Below the pieces are notes generated by a model that was not told the DNA's origin, made no database searches, and was given only the letters and a program-made list of their open reading frames with translations. From positions 103,384 to 167,383 of the forward strand of contig NIVC01001772.1 in the NCBI GenBank assembly GCA_002269645.1: 64,000 bases of DNA, written 5' to 3'. Positions 62,223 through 64,000 of this stretch are shown here, one piece after another (the stretch's first letter is position 1; the number at the start of each line of letters is the position of its first letter). The stretch comes from Macrostomum lignano. Taxonomy: Eukaryota. Both the position numbers and the translations under genes were made by a program.

Positions 62223-62275
62223 ACGTCACGCGCTGCATGGATATAGACGCTTTCTATTGGGCACTAGCTATTTAA
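62223..62275 (+). promoter_or_regulatory. Putative core promoter (ACGTCACG, reverse CCAAT, TATTTAA)
   Basis: Same motif order as upstream of MAT; followed by exon-like segments. Confidence 0.35.
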
Positions 62276-62453
62276 GGAGGAAACGACTTGACTTAAAGAA
62301 GTGCTGAGGAAGCCATTGCAGAGGGAAAGCTTAACAAAGGCCTAAAGCTGCAGGTTGCTTTCCATTTCTGCGCGTACATGTACTATTGAGACCAACTTAA
62401 AGTAGAATTTCTAGCAGAGTTCATATGACATCGCCAGAGTCAAGCTGTTGTCG

Positions 62454-62934
62454 ATGCGATCTAATCGGTTGGACAGTAGCGATCAGGAACTAGTTAGAAC
62501 TGTACAGTGTCCAACGGCTGCTAACGACGAGGATGAAATGGCCTGCAACGCTGATGCTACTGAGAAGGGTGAGAACGATTTTACATGTTTCACTTTACTA
62601 AAAATTTGTGTAGCCTTTTAAAATAATTTGACTTTTGTACTTCTTGAGAAACTTTAGAAACTATGAGCTCGTACATGTGTATGCTTGTTTAATGCATGGA
62701 TTGAATTATTTGACACCATCTTAGAGCAGAATAATAATGATCTCAAGGCTGGAATGAAATTCCTGTAATGAAACGCTGACCAATTACCATTCAAATTTAT
62801 TTTTATAATTCGATTTTAGTCATGACAAGTAAGAAACAAAGTTAAATCAGTATCTGATCATGGTCGTTTCATGTGCATTCTAGGGATAGAAAGTCCGAAG
62901 CTGAAATTGATGGCTCCGAGGCGAGCGAAGCGAG
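62454..62934 (+). CDS. Possible 5' exons of an unidentified gene (62454-62568, 62820-62828, 62884-62934)
   Basis: ATG...MRSNRLDSSDQELVRTVQCPTAANDEDEMACNADATEK then GTGAG donor; 9-nt segment TTTTAG|TCATGACAA|GTAAG; 55-nt GTAAG..TTCTAG intron; all phase 1. No homology recognised. Confidence 0.3.
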
Positions 62935-63198
62935 GTACTTGGTATCAGCAGGTATCAGATATCAGGACAATAGACTACAGATTCATTACATAAATATATA
63001 GATACATTTGATAAACGCCAAAGGAGGATTTTAATATCAAGCGCAAGGATTTTGCTTAACAACGAACGTTATTCATTGAAGTTACGAGCGTACTCCAGTT
63101 AGGATTTATAAGAATAAACAGCGAGACAAACATAAATTTAGGTTTTTGAATATAATATAGCAGTGAATTAAAGCTGATTACTCAATTGCATTCTCGGT

Positions 63199-64000
63199 TT
63201 ATCTTTCTGATATGAATTCACTTGGTTCAACGTCATCAGTACTTGACTTTCTGTTCTCCCTTTCGTCTGTTTGTACTTGCTCGTTAGTGTCTTTGCTAAC
63301 GTCAACAGCAACGTCGCTGGAGGCAGTGGAACTGAGGACATTTGCCACTACCAACCCCTCAGTTTCCGTATTAACTTTGTTGCTTGCATCAGGATCTGTA
63401 TCGCTAAAGTAGATTAAAATAAAGAAAAATAATAGTAAGAGAGATGCAAACCAGCATGCGAAGCAATAATACTATACAGGAAAAGTTTCGAACTGTCGCT
63501 TTGTAGATTAACATAAACAGAGTCGGTCCAAATAAGACTTCTTCGATGATTTCCGCGCAGGAAATGAACGAGAATGCCTGTCCAATCTCAGCCTCGTCCA
63601 CCAGCTTGGAGATCATCGATTTTGTCGCAGAAACAATGAAACTGCCAAAGCAGCCGATCACAGCGCTAAAAAAACATCAACCACGTTGTCTGCGCTAAGC
63701 TGATGATCACTAAGCGAGTACTCTTCATCAGAAGACCGAATATTACAAGAATGGAGTCGCGCGGGCCAATGAAGCGCGTGAGCAGGGGCAAAATGAGCAC
63801 CATGTTGAGTCCCATGCACGCGAAGTACACCGATAAATAATAGCCGTAGTACTGACCTGGCCAGCTCAATGGAGAGTGCTTTACAAACAACAATAGCACG
63901 TCCTGCTCTCCTTGTTTTCCAATATGGTTTATGCACAACGTAGTTAATAAAATAAAATTATGACCTGCTGTGGACGTCTTTGCAGTAGGAAGCCGATAGA
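63199..64000 (-). pseudogene. SLC46/PCFT-like MFS transporter C-terminal half with frameshifts (pseudogene or sequence errors); 5' part beyond window
   Basis: GEQDVLLLFVKHSPLSW..YYGY and KSMISKLVDEAEIGQAFSFISCAE..LFMLIYKAT resemble SLC46A1 (GAQDILTLY..PLCW, KLSKLV..EQGALFS). A 7-T run at 63668-63674 creates TAG; a further frame change precedes the acidic tail ending at TAA 63201-63199. Confidence 0.7.

Overview
Eukaryotic (animal) genomic DNA with GC-rich exons and AT-rich introns packed with mini- and microsatellites. The style suggests a Macrostomum-like flatworm, but that is inference only. Most long ORFs in the track are repeat artefacts. Genes reconstructed by hand with phase-consistent GT-AG junctions: the last exon of a class XIX-like myosin (+), adenosine kinase (-, 3 exons), NUS1/Nogo-B receptor (-, 4 exons), S-adenosylmethionine synthetase (-, 4 exons), a small single-exon UBA-domain gene (-), a B-Raf-type kinase (+, at least 8 exons), an intronless reticulon (+) and a frameshifted SLC46-like MFS transporter (-, runs off the window). 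Mobile DNA includes an intact 1310-bp mariner, piggyBac remnants, a 3.9-kb TIR element, a 700-bp foldback element, a CORE-like SINE and two MITE families that share one terminus. The most notable observations are: (1) a MITE family with two copies carrying a 64-bp piece resembling 28S rRNA at the R2/I-PpoI/Pokey target site; (2) two apparently mutually exclusive Raf CR2 exons, one with a B-Raf-type and one with a C-Raf-type 14-3-3 motif; (3) a mariner inserted into a minisatellite that mimics its own TIR; and (4) an array of 16 AP-1 sites between Raf and reticulon.
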